A DNA stretch of 64,000 nt from Alphaproteobacteria bacterium (GTDB taxonomy: Bacteria; Pseudomonadota; Alphaproteobacteria; UBA828), in NCBI GenBank assembly GCA_963667785.2, contig CAXXMU010000005.1, positions 192,001-256,000 of the forward strand, written 5' to 3'. The notes beneath the pieces are model-generated. The model was not told the origin of the DNA. It saw only the letters and a program-made list of their open reading frames with translations, and ran no database searches. A program made the position numbers and the translations under genes. Below, piece by piece: positions 1 through 11,211 of this stretch (its first letter is position 1; each line of letters begins with the position of its first letter).

Positions 1-386
1 CCAACGCGCTGCAGCGGCCCAAGCGCTTCTTCGGCGCCGCGCGGAACATCGAGCACGGCGGCTCGCTCACCATCATCGCGACGGCGCTGATCGACACCGG
101 CTCGCGCATGGACGAGGTGATCTTCGAGGAGTTCAAAGGCACCGGCAACTCCGAGATCATCCTGGACCGCAAGCTCGCCGACAAGCGCACCTGGCCCAGC
201 ATGGACATCGCGCGCTCCGGCACCCGCAAGGAGGAGCTGCTGGTCGACCGCGCCACCCTCGCCAAGATGTGGGTGCTGCGCCGCATCCTGTCCCCCATGG
301 GCACGGTGGATGCGATGGAGTTCCTGGTGGACAAGCTCAAGGCGACGAAGACCAACGAGGAATTCTTCGCCTCCATGAATACATGA
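1..386 (+). CDS. rho: Transcription termination factor Rho, C-terminal part (5' end outside window)
   Basis: Motifs [37 protein letters not shown] and SGTRKEELL. Confidence 0.97.
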   Translation, partial: NALQRPKRFFGAARNIEHGGSLTIIATALIDTGSRMDEVIFEEFKGTGNSEIILDRKLADKRTWPSMDIARSGTRKEELLVDRATLAKMWVLRRILSPMGTVDAMEFLVDKLKATKTNEEFFASMNT

Positions 387-599
387 GCGGGCTCTTCCGG
401 ACCGCGAGCAGCCCGCATAAATAAGATGTCATGCTAATCGATGGTGCGTCACGCGGCGCCCGCCCAATGGGCCACATATTCGTTAGCATAGCATCTATAA
501 TTGTCGCCGATCTGGTATACCCCTGAATTGACTTGCGAAAATCCTCTGCTTGTTTGATCATTCGCAATGCGGGCGCATCCGTTGGGTCGCCGGCTAGGC

Positions 600-950
600 C
601 TAACGGTTGGTGCTGGCATCCAGCTTCCCGAGTCGAATCAACCGAGCCTTGATCGCACCTTCCGTTCGCTGATGCTCGGTTGCAAGATCGCCGACCGCCG
701 CCCCCGCATCGAACGCCGACGCCAATTGCTTGTCTTCGATCTCGGTCCACGGGAGGCCAGCGTGGGCGGGCAGCCGTTTCTCGCGCTTTGATCTGGAAGT
801 GCGGTTCTGCAACGCGTCGGCGGCGAGGCAAAGGGCACGTACGACGTTGGGTTGCTGGAGGACATGGCCCTCCTCCAGAACTTCGCCGGTCTCTGGATTA
901 TGCCCGTCCGCCAGGGAAGACACGATCCTGAGTGCCTCCTCCCTTTTCAT
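600..950 (-). CDS. Small hypothetical protein, probable helix-turn-helix/Myb-like repeat (PxxAGxPWxxxED...HxRTxGAIxARL)
   Basis: 116-aa ORF with ATG start and protein-like composition; lower GC than flanks; the pattern resembles small Trp-containing HTH modules. Confidence 0.75.
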   Translation of the reverse strand: MKREEALRIVSSLADGHNPETGEVLEEGHVLQQPNVVRALCLAADALQNRTSRSKREKRLPAHAGLPWTEIEDKQLASAFDAGAAVGDLATEHQRTEGAIKARLIRLGKLDASTNR

Positions 951-994
951 TGGCTTTTCTTTACTGAAGCGGTCTCAGGTGTTGGCGACGATTG

Positions 995-1885
995 CTAATG
1001 GGGTGGGGTCGTCCGCAGACGCGCGATAAGCCCGTCGAGCTGCTCCGGCGCCTTGTAGGCGATCGTGAGACGGCCGCCGCTGCCACGCTTGGCGGGCTCG
1101 ATGCTCACCTTGAGGCCAAGCGCGCGGCTGAGATCCGTCTCGAGCGCCCTGAGGTTGGGGTCTGCAGCAGGCGGGGCCTTGGGCGCTCTGGCCTCGCCGG
1201 CGCGGCGCACGAGCGCCTCGGTCTGACGCACGGTGAGGCCGAGGCGCACCACCGTCTGCGCGAGCGCGGCCGCATCGCCCGCCGGCAGCAGCGCCCGCCC
1301 GTGGCCCGCGCTGAGGCTGCCGTCGGCGATCAGGCCCTTGACCTCGTCGGGCAGGTCGAGGAGGCGCACCGTGTTAGCGACGTGGCTGCGGGACTTGCCG
1401 AGCGCGGTGGCGACGTCCTCCTGCCGGTGGTCGAACTCCCGGATCAGGCGGCGGTAGGCGGCGGCCTCCTCCAGCGGGTTCAGGTCGCTGCGCTGCAGGT
1501 TCTCCACCAGGGCGATCTCGATGCTCTCGGAATCGCTGAGATGCCTCACCACCGCCGGCAGCTCGTGCAGCCGGGCCCGCTGCGCCGCTCGCCAGCGTCG
1601 TTCGCCGGCGACGATGCGGTAGGGCGCGCCGCCGCCGCCGGGGCGCACGACGAGCGGCTGCACGATGCCCCGCGCGAGGATCGAGGCGGCCAGGCTCTCG
1701 ATCTCGGCCTCGTCGAAATGCTGGCGCGGCTGCCCGGGGTCGGGCGCCAGATGCTCGATGGGGATGGAGAGCAGGGCGCCGTCCCGCGCGCCCTCGCCCG
1801 CCGCGTCCATGGTTTCCCCGAGGAGGGCGGCGAGCCCCTTGCCGAGGCCGCGCGCGCGCGGCGGGCTGCTGGGATCGGGTGTCAT
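995..1885 (-). CDS. parB: Chromosome partitioning protein ParB
   Basis: N-terminal RGLGKGLAALL, GERRWRAA box and ENLQRSDLNPLEEA; the ATG overlaps the parA stop. Confidence 0.97.
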   Translation of the reverse strand: MTPDPSSPPRARGLGKGLAALLGETMDAAGEGARDGALLSIPIEHLAPDPGQPRQHFDEAEIESLAASILARGIVQPLVVRPGGGGAPYRIVAGERRWRAAQRARLHELPAVVRHLSDSESIEIALVENLQRSDLNPLEEAAAYRRLIREFDHRQEDVATALGKSRSHVANTVRLLDLPDEVKGLIADGSLSAGHGRALLPAGDAAALAQTVVRLGLTVRQTEALVRRAGEARAPKAPPAADPNLRALETDLSRALGLKVSIEPAKRGSGGRLTIAYKAPEQLDGLIARLRTTPPH

Positions 1886-2736
1886 GCTGCGCTCTCCTTC
1901 TGGGTTCGCTCGCGGCGGAGCAGCTCGCCGGCAAGGTGGGCGTAGGCCTGGGCGCCCGGGCAGCGGAAATCGTGGAGCAGGACGGGCAGCCCGTGGGAGG
2001 GCGCCTCGGAGACCCGCACGTTGCGCGGGATGATGGTGTCGTACACCGCGTCGCCCAGATGGGCCTTCACGTCGTCGCGCACCTGGGCGTCGAGGTTGTT
2101 GCGCCTGTCGAACATGGTGAGCACCACGCCCTGGACGCGAAGCCCCGGGTTGAACGCGCTGCGGACGCGCTCGACGGTGCCGAGGAACTGGCTCAGCCCT
2201 TCGAGCGCCAGGAACTCGCACTGCACCGGCACCAGCACGGAATCGGCGGCGACCAGCGCGTTGACCGTCAGCATGCCGAGCGACGGCGGGCAGTCGATCA
2301 GCACGTAGCCGCGCGCGCTGCCGAGGGAGTCTTCGCGCGCGCGCGCCGGCGCCAGCGCCTCCTTCAGGCAGAACTGGGGGCTGTCGCTGCCGGGCAGCTC
2401 GACCTCCGCGGCCGCGAGGTCGCGGGTGGCCGGCACGATGGAAAGCCCCGGCACAGGCGTCTTCCGCAGCAGGGCGGCGAGCGGCATGCCCTGAAGCAGC
2501 CCGTAGCTGCCGGGCGCGCGCGCCGCCGGCGGGATGCCGAGGCCGGTACTGGCGTTGCCCTGCGGGTCGAGGTCGAGCACCAGCACGGGATGGCCTGCCG
2601 CCGCAAGCGCGGTGCCGAGATTGATGGCGGTGGTGCTCTTGCCGACGCCGCCCTTCTCGTTGGCGACCGCGATGATCCGGGGCTTGGCGGGGGCGGCCGG
2701 GGCGCCCGTATCAAGGGCAGCGGCGGCGTTCGACAT
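1882..2736 (-). CDS. parA: Chromosome partitioning ATPase ParA
   Basis: Deviant Walker A KGGVGKST, plus DLDPQGNAST, IDCPPSLG and PRNVRVSEAPSHG. Confidence 0.97.
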   Translation of the reverse strand: MSNAAAALDTGAPAAPAKPRIIAVANEKGGVGKSTTAINLGTALAAAGHPVLVLDLDPQGNASTGLGIPPAARAPGSYGLLQGMPLAALLRKTPVPGLSIVPATRDLAAAEVELPGSDSPQFCLKEALAPARAREDSLGSARGYVLIDCPPSLGMLTVNALVAADSVLVPVQCEFLALEGLSQFLGTVERVRSAFNPGLRVQGVVLTMFDRRNNLDAQVRDDVKAHLGDAVYDTIIPRNVRVSEAPSHGLPVLLHDFRCPGAQAYAHLAGELLRRERTQKESAA

Positions 2737-3340
2737 CGCTGATCCTCAAGATACGCGCCTCCGCCGCCGTGCGGCTGGGGACGATGTCGGCCCGGAAGTC
2801 CCACCTGGCGCGCGCAGCGTCCAGCTCGCTCCGGTACCGGCGTCCCTTCGGGAATATACAATATGTATGGGTCTCAAGCACGGGGAAAACCAAACCTAGC
2901 AATTCGTCCAGGGGCGCGCAGGCGCGGGCGACGATCGTGCCGGCTGGCGCGAGGGTGGCCCGGACGGCCGCGTCCTCGACCCTGCCCTCGATCACCGCGA
3001 CCCGGGTGCCGGTGGCGTCCGCCACCTCGCGCAGGAAGGCGCAGCGCCTGGCATTGGCTTCGACGAGCGAGACGCGGCGCTCCGCGTCGAGGATCGCGAG
3101 CACCATGCCTGGAAAGCCCGCGCCGCTGCCGACATCGACCGTACGCCCCGCCGCGTCGGGCGCAAGCAGCGGGGCGAGTTGCGCCGAATCGAGGAAGTGG
3201 CGGGTCCAGAGCTCGGCCAGGGAGGCGGACGAGACCAGATTCGTGCGCCGCTGCCGGCGCCGGAGAAGGGCTTCGTAGATCTCGAGCCGCTCGCGTGTTT
3301 CACGTGAAACATCGCGCCGGAAGGCCTCGCCCGGCTCCAT
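2711..3340 (-). CDS. rsmG: 16S rRNA m7G527 methyltransferase RsmG (GidB)
   Basis: Motifs NLVS, RHFLDSAQL, DVGSGAGFPG and ARA..PL..L; lies between mnmG and parA. Confidence 0.95.
   Translation of the reverse strand: MEPGEAFRRDVSRETRERLEIYEALLRRRQRRTNLVSSASLAELWTRHFLDSAQLAPLLAPDAAGRTVDVGSGAGFPGMVLAILDAERRVSLVEANARRCAFLREVADATGTRVAVIEGRVEDAAVRATLAPAGTIVARACAPLDELLGLVFPVLETHTYCIFPKGRRYRSELDAARARWDFRADIVPSRTAAEARILRISDVERRRCP
3296..3311. promoter_or_regulatory. parS centromere site (perfect palindrome TGTTTCACGTGAAACA)
   Basis: Exact match to the consensus chromosomal parS; lies inside rsmG near parAB. Confidence 0.93.
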
Positions 3341-3345
3341 CGACG

Positions 3346-5262
3346 CTAGCCGCGTCCGGCCTCCGCCGTGTCGGTGCGAAGAGCGGGCGCGCGCCGCTCG
3401 GTCTTGCGCACATGCGCCAGCAGCGCCGTCAGCGCCGCCGGAGTCACCCCCGGCACCCGCCCCGCCGCGCCGAGCGTCGCAGGCCGCGCGGCGGCGAGGC
3501 GCTGGCGCATCTCGTGCGAGAGCCCGCCGACCCGGTCGAAGCGGAGGTCCCCCGGCAGCCGCAGCGCCTCGTCCCGGCGGAACGCGGCGATGTCCGCCTC
3601 CTGTCGCTCGACATAGCCCCGGTAGTGGGCGTCATTCTCCAGCGCGGCAAGGATCGCAGGCTCGAGTGCCGCAAGCGCCGGCCAGAGCGCTGCGCGCTGC
3701 GCGCGGCTCACGGCGGGGTAGCCGATGAGCGCGCGCGCCGTCCGCCGGCGCCCGTCCCGGTTCGCCGGGATGCCGTGGCGCCGCAGCGCATCGGGCGTGG
3801 AGTCGAGCGTATCGAGCAGGCGTTCCGCCTCGGCCAGCGCCGCGTTCCGGGCGGCAAAGTGATGCGCCCGCTCCGCGCCGACGCAGCCCGCGTCGATGCC
3901 GCGCTGCGTCAGCCGCCGGTCCGCATTGTCGGGCCGGAGCCTGAGCCGGTACTCGGCCCGCGACGAGAACATGCGGTAGGGCTCGCTCACGCCCTGGGTC
4001 ACCAGGTCGTCGATCAGCACGCCGATATAGCCGTCGGCGCGGTCGAGAGTGAACGGCACGCCGCCTCCGGCCGCGCGGGCGGCGTTGATGCCGGCGACGA
4101 TGCCCTGGGCGGCGGCCTCCTCGTAGCCGGTGGTGCCGTTGATCTGCCCCGCCAGGTAGAGCCCGGCGATGCGCGCGGTCTCCAGCGCGGGCGTCAGCTC
4201 GCGCGGGTCCACGTGGTCGTACTCGATGGCGTAGCCCGGCCTGAGCAGGGCCGCCCGCTCCAGCCCCGGAATCGTCGCCACCAGCGCCCGCTGCACCTCT
4301 TCCGGCAGCGCGGTCGAGATGCCGTTGGGGTAGACGGTGTGGTCGTCGAGCCCTTCCGGCTCCAGGAAGATCTGGTGGGAGGCGCGGTCCGCGAAGCGCA
4401 CGACCTTGTCCTCGATCGAGGGACAGTAGCGGGGACCGCGGCTCTCGATCGCGCCCGAATAGATGGGAGAGCGCGCGAGGTCGCGGCGGATCAGGTCGTG
4501 GCCCGCCGCGGTGGTGGCGGTGATGTGGCAGCGCACCTGCGCCCGCGCGATCGCGGGCGTGAGGAAGGAGAAGGGCTCGGGCGGCTCGTCGCCCTCCTGC
4601 GCCGCCAGCCCGGCCCAGTCGATGGTGCGCCCGTCGAGCCGGGGCGGCGTGCCGGTCTTAAGCCGGCCGAGGCGGAAGCCGAGCCGCTCGAGGGTGAGGG
4701 CCAGGCCGGTCGCAGGCGCATCGCCCACGCGGCCCGCCGGAATCTGCCGCTCGCCGATATGGATGAGGCCCCGCAGGAAGGTGCCCGTGGTGAGCACCAC
4801 CCGGGGCGCCTCGATGCGCGCGCCGTCGCCCAGAACCACGCCACGCACACAGGCGCGGGCGTCCGCGCCCGCATCGAGCGCGAGATCCTCCACCGTCCCT
4901 TCGCGGATCGTGAGAGTGGGCTCTGCCGCCAGCGCCGCCTGCATGGCGGCGCGGTAGAGGGCGCGGTCCTGCTGTGCGCGGGGCCCCCGGACCGCCGGCC
5001 CCTTGCTGCGGTTCAGCACCCGGAACTGGATGCCGGCCTCGTCGGCGACGCGGCCCATGAGCCCGTCGAGAGCGTCCACCTCGCGCACCAGCGTGCCCTT
5101 GGCCAGCCCGCCGATCGCCGGGTTGCACGACATCGCGCCGATGGTCGCGCGCTTCTGGGTGACGAGCAGGGTGGCTGCGCCCACGCGCGCCGCGGCCGCG
5201 GCCGCCTCGCAGCCCGCGTGCCCGCCGCCGATCACGATCACATCGTAGCGCCCGCGGCCCAT
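3346..5262 (-). CDS. mnmG: tRNA uridine-34 5-carboxymethylaminomethyl modification enzyme MnmG (GidA)
   Basis: Motifs [36 protein letters not shown] and [16 protein letters not shown]. Confidence 0.97.
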   Translation of the reverse strand: MGRGRYDVIVIGGGHAGCEAAAAAARVGAATLLVTQKRATIGAMSCNPAIGGLAKGTLVREVDALDGLMGRVADEAGIQFRVLNRSKGPAVRGPRAQQDRALYRAAMQAALAAEPTLTIREGTVEDLALDAGADARACVRGVVLGDGARIEAPRVVLTTGTFLRGLIHIGERQIPAGRVGDAPATGLALTLERLGFRLGRLKTGTPPRLDGRTIDWAGLAAQEGDEPPEPFSFLTPAIARAQVRCHITATTAAGHDLIRRDLARSPIYSGAIESRGPRYCPSIEDKVVRFADRASHQIFLEPEGLDDHTVYPNGISTALPEEVQRALVATIPGLERAALLRPGYAIEYDHVDPRELTPALETARIAGLYLAGQINGTTGYEEAAAQGIVAGINAARAAGGGVPFTLDRADGYIGVLIDDLVTQGVSEPYRMFSSRAEYRLRLRPDNADRRLTQRGIDAGCVGAERAHHFAARNAALAEAERLLDTLDSTPDALRRHGIPANRDGRRRTARALIGYPAVSRAQRAALWPALAALEPAILAALENDAHYRGYVERQEADIAAFRRDEALRLPGDLRFDRVGGLSHEMRQRLAAARPATLGAAGRVPGVTPAALTALLAHVRKTERRAPALRTDTAEAGRG

Positions 5263-5366
5263 GGCGGCCCTCCCGGCCGCGCCGTACGCGGCCCGTCTCA
5301 TGTCGACGGCGCCCCCTATAGAGCGGACGCCTCGGCCCGTAAAGCGCCAAGCACCTTCGGGTATTC

Positions 5367-6701
5367 CTACTTGCCGATGCAGAAGTCGCGGAAGACGAGG
5401 TCGAGAATGGCCTCGACGTCCACCCGGCCAGTGATGCGGCCCAGCGCCCGTGCCGCCAGCCGGAGTTCCTCGGCCAGGCGCTCGTCCGCCGGCCCGGCGA
5501 CGGCGCGGGCAAGCGCGTCGCGGCACTCGGCGACCGCGGTGCGGTGCCGGATGCGGGTGAGCGCCGGCGCGCCGCCGGCCGGGTAGCGCCGGGCGATCTC
5601 GTCCGCGAGCCGCTCCAGCAGCCCGTCGATGCCGGCGCCGGTGAGGCAGGAGAGCGCGCGCGCCGCGTGGCCCGCGATCGCGGCGGGCGGGGCATCCGCC
5701 AGGAGGTCGGCCTTGTTGAGTACCGCGAGCGCGTCCTCGCCCAGCAGGGCCGCGCTCTGCGGGTCGATCTCGGGCCAGAGCGCGCCGTCGAAGACGACGA
5801 GCGAGAGGTCGGCGCTCGCAGCCCGCTCCAGCGCCCGCCGCACGCCTTCGCTCTCGATCTCGTCGCGGCTCTCGCGCAGGCCTGCGGTATCGGCGAGGGT
5901 GACCGGCCAGCCGGCGACGTCCAGGCGCACCTCCACCACGTCGCGGGTGGTGCCGGCGCGGGTCGAGACGATCGCCGCCTCGCGGCCGGCGAGGCGGTTG
6001 AGAAGGCTCGACTTGCCGGCGTTGGGCGCGCCCACGATGGCGATGGTGAAGCCCTCGCGCAGGCGCTCGCCGCGCCGCGAATCCGCGAGGTGGGCCGCGA
6101 TCTCGGCTTCCAGCGCCGCGAGGGTGGGGAGGGCGCTCGCCATCGGGTCGCCGCCCAGCTCCTGGTCCGAGAAGTCGATGGCGGCCTCGACGTGGGCCGT
6201 CGCCTCCATGAGGCGCGTGCGCCAGCCCTCGTAGAGGCGATGCAGCCCCCCTTCCATCTGGCCGAGCGCCTGGCGGCGCTGGGCCTCGGTCTCGGCCGCC
6301 ACCAGGTCGGCGATGCCCTCGGCTTCCGTGAGGTCGAGGCGACCGGCCTCGAAGGCGCGGCGGGTAAACTCGCCGGGCTCGGCCGGGCGCAGCCCCGGCA
6401 GCGCCGCGAGCGCCTCGGCCAGCGCCGCGATGACGGCAGGCCCGCCGTGGACGTGGAACTCCGCCATGTCCTCGCCGGTGGCGCTGGCGGGGCCGGGGAA
6501 CCAGAGCGCGAGCCCCCGGTCGATCGGCTCGCCCGTAGCGGGCGCGCGGAAGCGCCGGAGCGCGGCCTGGCGCGGCGCGGGCGGCGGCCTGCCGCCGATC
6601 TGCGCAAGCGCGTCTTCCGCCCCGGGGCCCGAGACGCGGATCACCGCAACCGCGGCGCGCGCGCCGCCGGAGGAGAGCGCGAAGATGGTGTCGCCGCTCA
6701 C
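5367..6701 (-). CDS. mnmE: tRNA modification GTPase MnmE (TrmE)
   Basis: Motifs [30 protein letters not shown] and C-terminal FCIGK. Confidence 0.97.
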   Translation of the reverse strand: MSGDTIFALSSGGARAAVAVIRVSGPGAEDALAQIGGRPPPAPRQAALRRFRAPATGEPIDRGLALWFPGPASATGEDMAEFHVHGGPAVIAALAEALAALPGLRPAEPGEFTRRAFEAGRLDLTEAEGIADLVAAETEAQRRQALGQMEGGLHRLYEGWRTRLMEATAHVEAAIDFSDQELGGDPMASALPTLAALEAEIAAHLADSRRGERLREGFTIAIVGAPNAGKSSLLNRLAGREAAIVSTRAGTTRDVVEVRLDVAGWPVTLADTAGLRESRDEIESEGVRRALERAASADLSLVVFDGALWPEIDPQSAALLGEDALAVLNKADLLADAPPAAIAGHAARALSCLTGAGIDGLLERLADEIARRYPAGGAPALTRIRHRTAVAECRDALARAVAGPADERLAEELRLAARALGRITGRVDVEAILDLVFRDFCIGK

Positions 6702-6765
6702 GGGCCCGGTCGCGGTAGCGCCCGTCCGCCTCCGGCCGTCGGCCGCTGCAGGCTCAGGCGGCGGC

Positions 6766-7164
6766 TCAGGTGGCGGCGGGCGCCGCCGCCTGCCCGCGCT
6801 CGCCGGCCCCTTGCCCCTCGTCGGGAAGCGGCTCGTCCGGCATCAGCATGAGGCGTTCGACCCGGCCGCCCTCAACGAGATGGGTCTCGATGATCTCGTC
6901 CACGTCGGCGGTGGTCCTGACCGCATACCAGATGCCCTCCGGGTAGATCACCATGGTGGGGCCGAGCTCGCAGCGGTCGAGGCACTGGCTCGCGTTGATG
7001 CGCACGTCCGCCAGGCCGCGCTGCTTGGCCCGCGCCTTCATGTGGGCGCGGAGCTTGACCGAGCCCTTGGCGCTGCAGCAGCCGCGGGGATGGCCGGGCT
7101 CGCGGGTGTTGACGCAGCAGAAGACGTGGGCCCGGTAGTAGAGGGGCGGGTCCTGGCGGCTCAT
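6766..7164 (-). CDS. Thioredoxin-like [2Fe-2S] ferredoxin
   Basis: Motifs HVFCC.N.R..GHPRGCC and CLDRCELGP.MVIYPEGIWY. Confidence 0.9.
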   Translation of the reverse strand: MSRQDPPLYYRAHVFCCVNTREPGHPRGCCSAKGSVKLRAHMKARAKQRGLADVRINASQCLDRCELGPTMVIYPEGIWYAVRTTADVDEIIETHLVEGGRVERLMLMPDEPLPDEGQGAGERGQAAAPAAT

Positions 7165-7433
7165 CCGGTGCCGCCTCCGCTGCTCCCCCTGGGTGCGCCC
7201 CCGCCGGCCTCGCCGAAGCCTTCCCAGAAGGCCTTCTGCATGGCCTCGAAGCCCTTGAGACCGCCGGGGAGCCAGGCCTTGAGCAGCGTCTCCGGGTCGA
7301 TCGCGCCGACCGCGTCCGCGATCCGCGCCTCCATGCCCTTGGCCATGGCCTCATGGGCCGCCGTCAGGTCCGGCATCCCGCAGAAGGCGCGGGCCTCCTC
7401 CGGCGTGCAGTCGATCTCGATGGTGACCTTCAT
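7161..7433 (-). CDS. DUF6489-family small protein
   Basis: N-terminus MKVTIEIDCTPEEARAFCGMPD; 4-bp overlap with the ferredoxin start. Confidence 0.8.
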   Translation of the reverse strand: MKVTIEIDCTPEEARAFCGMPDLTAAHEAMAKGMEARIADAVGAIDPETLLKAWLPGGLKGFEAMQKAFWEGFGEAGGGAPRGSSGGGTG

Positions 7434-7630
7434 GGGCGGCCTCTCTCGCGCTGCCGCGCAGATGCCGGCGCGGCGGCCGCGACCATACCCCGCGATACCC
7501 CCCATGAACAGGCTTCCTCGCGCAGCGGAGCCGTGCGCCGGGCTGGCGGCGCCGGCCGCACCACCCTATGCTCGCGCCCGAGGCCGCCCCGCTCACCGCC
7601 GTGCGCGGCCCGAACCAGACGGGAAGGGCC

Positions 7631-9666
<2,036 letters not shown>

Positions 9667-9670
<4 letters not shown>

Positions 9671-10149
9671 GGCCGGTGAGCGCCGCGCGCTGCACCATCG
9701 AGAGCCCCGTCGGCCCGCTCACCGTCACGGCGGCGGATGGGGCGATCACCGCGGTCGCCTTCGGCGCCGGCGGCGGCCCGCGGCCCAATTCCGGGCTGCT
9801 GGCCGATGCCGCCCGCCAGCTTGACGACTACTTCGCCGGCACGCGCCGTGCCTTCGAGCTCCCGCTCGCGCCCGCTGGCACACCTTTCCGCCTGCGGGTC
9901 TGGGCGGCGATGCAGGCGATCTCCTACGGCGAGACCCGGAGCTACGGCGACATCGCCCGCGCGCTCGACACCGCACCCCGCGCCGTCGGCGGCGCCTGCG
10001 GGGCCAACCCGATCCCGCTCGTCATTCCCTGCCACCGCGTCACGGGCGCGAACGGCGCCCTCGGCGGCTTCTCCGGCGGCGCAGGCTGTGATACCAAGCG
10101 CCGACTGCTCGCCCTGGAAGGCGCGCGGCCGCTGACGCTTTCCGGCTAA
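9667..10149 (+). CDS. ogt: Methylated-DNA--protein-cysteine methyltransferase
   Basis: Active site IPCHRV and [11 protein letters not shown]. Confidence 0.93.
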
Positions 10150-10194
10150 ACGCGGCGCAACCGGGCGAGCCCACCCGACAAGAGAGGGAGAGAC

Positions 10195-11172
10195 ATGGTC
10201 AAGGCGGTGCGGATGCACGAGGCCGGCGGACCCGAGGTGCTGCACTACGAGGACGTGGCGCTGCCCGATCCCGGCCCCGGCGAGGCGCTGGTGCGCCACG
10301 AGGCGATCGGCCTCAACTACATCGACGTCTACCACCGCACCGGGCTCTACCCGGTGCCCTCGCTGCCCTGGACCATCGGCATGGAGGGCGCGGGCGTGGT
10401 CGAGGCGGTGGGAGACGGCGTCTCCGAGGTCGCCCCCGGCGCGCGCGTCGCCTATGCCAGCCCTCCGCCTCCCGGCGGCTATGCGGAAGCCCGCGTGATG
10501 CCGGCGGGATCGCTGGTGGAGCTGCCTGCCGACATCAGCTTCGAGCAGGGCGCGGCGATGATGCTCCAGGGCATGACGGTCGAGTACCTGATCCGCCGCA
10601 CCTACCCGGTGAAGGCGGGCGAGACCGCGCTGGTGCACGCGGCCGCCGGCGGGGTCGGGCTGATCCAGTGCCAGTGGCTCAGGCATCTGGGCGTGACGGT
10701 GATCGGCACCGTGGGCTCGGAAGAGAAGGCGGCGCTCGCCCGCGCCCACGGCTGCGACCACCCGATCAACTATCGGACCGAGGACTTCGCCGCGCGCGTA
10801 ATGGAAATCACGGACGGCCAGGGCGTGCCCGTGGTCTACGATTCCATCGGCGCCGACACGCTGGAGGGCTCGCTCAACAGCCTGGCGCGGCTGGGTACGC
10901 TGGCGAGCTTCGGCAACGCGTCGGGCCCGATCACCGACTTCAACCTGGCCCGGCTCGCGCCCAAGTCCGCCTTCATCACCAGGCCCACCCTCTTCGGCTA
11001 CAATGCGACGCGGGCGGAGCTCGAGGACTCCGCGGGCGCGCTCTTCGACGTGGTGCGCGCGGGCGCGGTCAAGATCGAGATCCACCAGACCTACCCGCTG
11101 GCGGAGGCCGCCCAGGCCCATCGCGACCTGGAGGGCCGCAAGACCACGGGGTCGACGATCCTGGTTCCCTGA
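10195..11172 (+). CDS. qor: NADPH:quinone oxidoreductase (zeta-crystallin/MDR family)
   Basis: Motifs IGLNYIDVYHRTGLY, HAAAGGVG and RKTTGS; GGAG RBS upstream. Confidence 0.9.
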   Translation: MVKAVRMHEAGGPEVLHYEDVALPDPGPGEALVRHEAIGLNYIDVYHRTGLYPVPSLPWTIGMEGAGVVEAVGDGVSEVAPGARVAYASPPPPGGYAEARVMPAGSLVELPADISFEQGAAMMLQGMTVEYLIRRTYPVKAGETALVHAAAGGVGLIQCQWLRHLGVTVIGTVGSEEKAALARAHGCDHPINYRTEDFAARVMEITDGQGVPVVYDSIGADTLEGSLNSLARLGTLASFGNASGPITDFNLARLAPKSAFITRPTLFGYNATRAELEDSAGALFDVVRAGAVKIEIHQTYPLAEAAQAHRDLEGRKTTGSTILVP

Positions 11173-11211
11173 CCGCCGGCCGGGCGGGGGCCTGGCCGGG
11201 GAGGCGGGCCG

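Noticed and set aside
337-561. Minus-strand reading MIKQAEDFRKSIQGY... in the low-GC insert
   Set aside because: No RBS or recognisable domain, and it runs antisense into rho; cannot be supported as a gene
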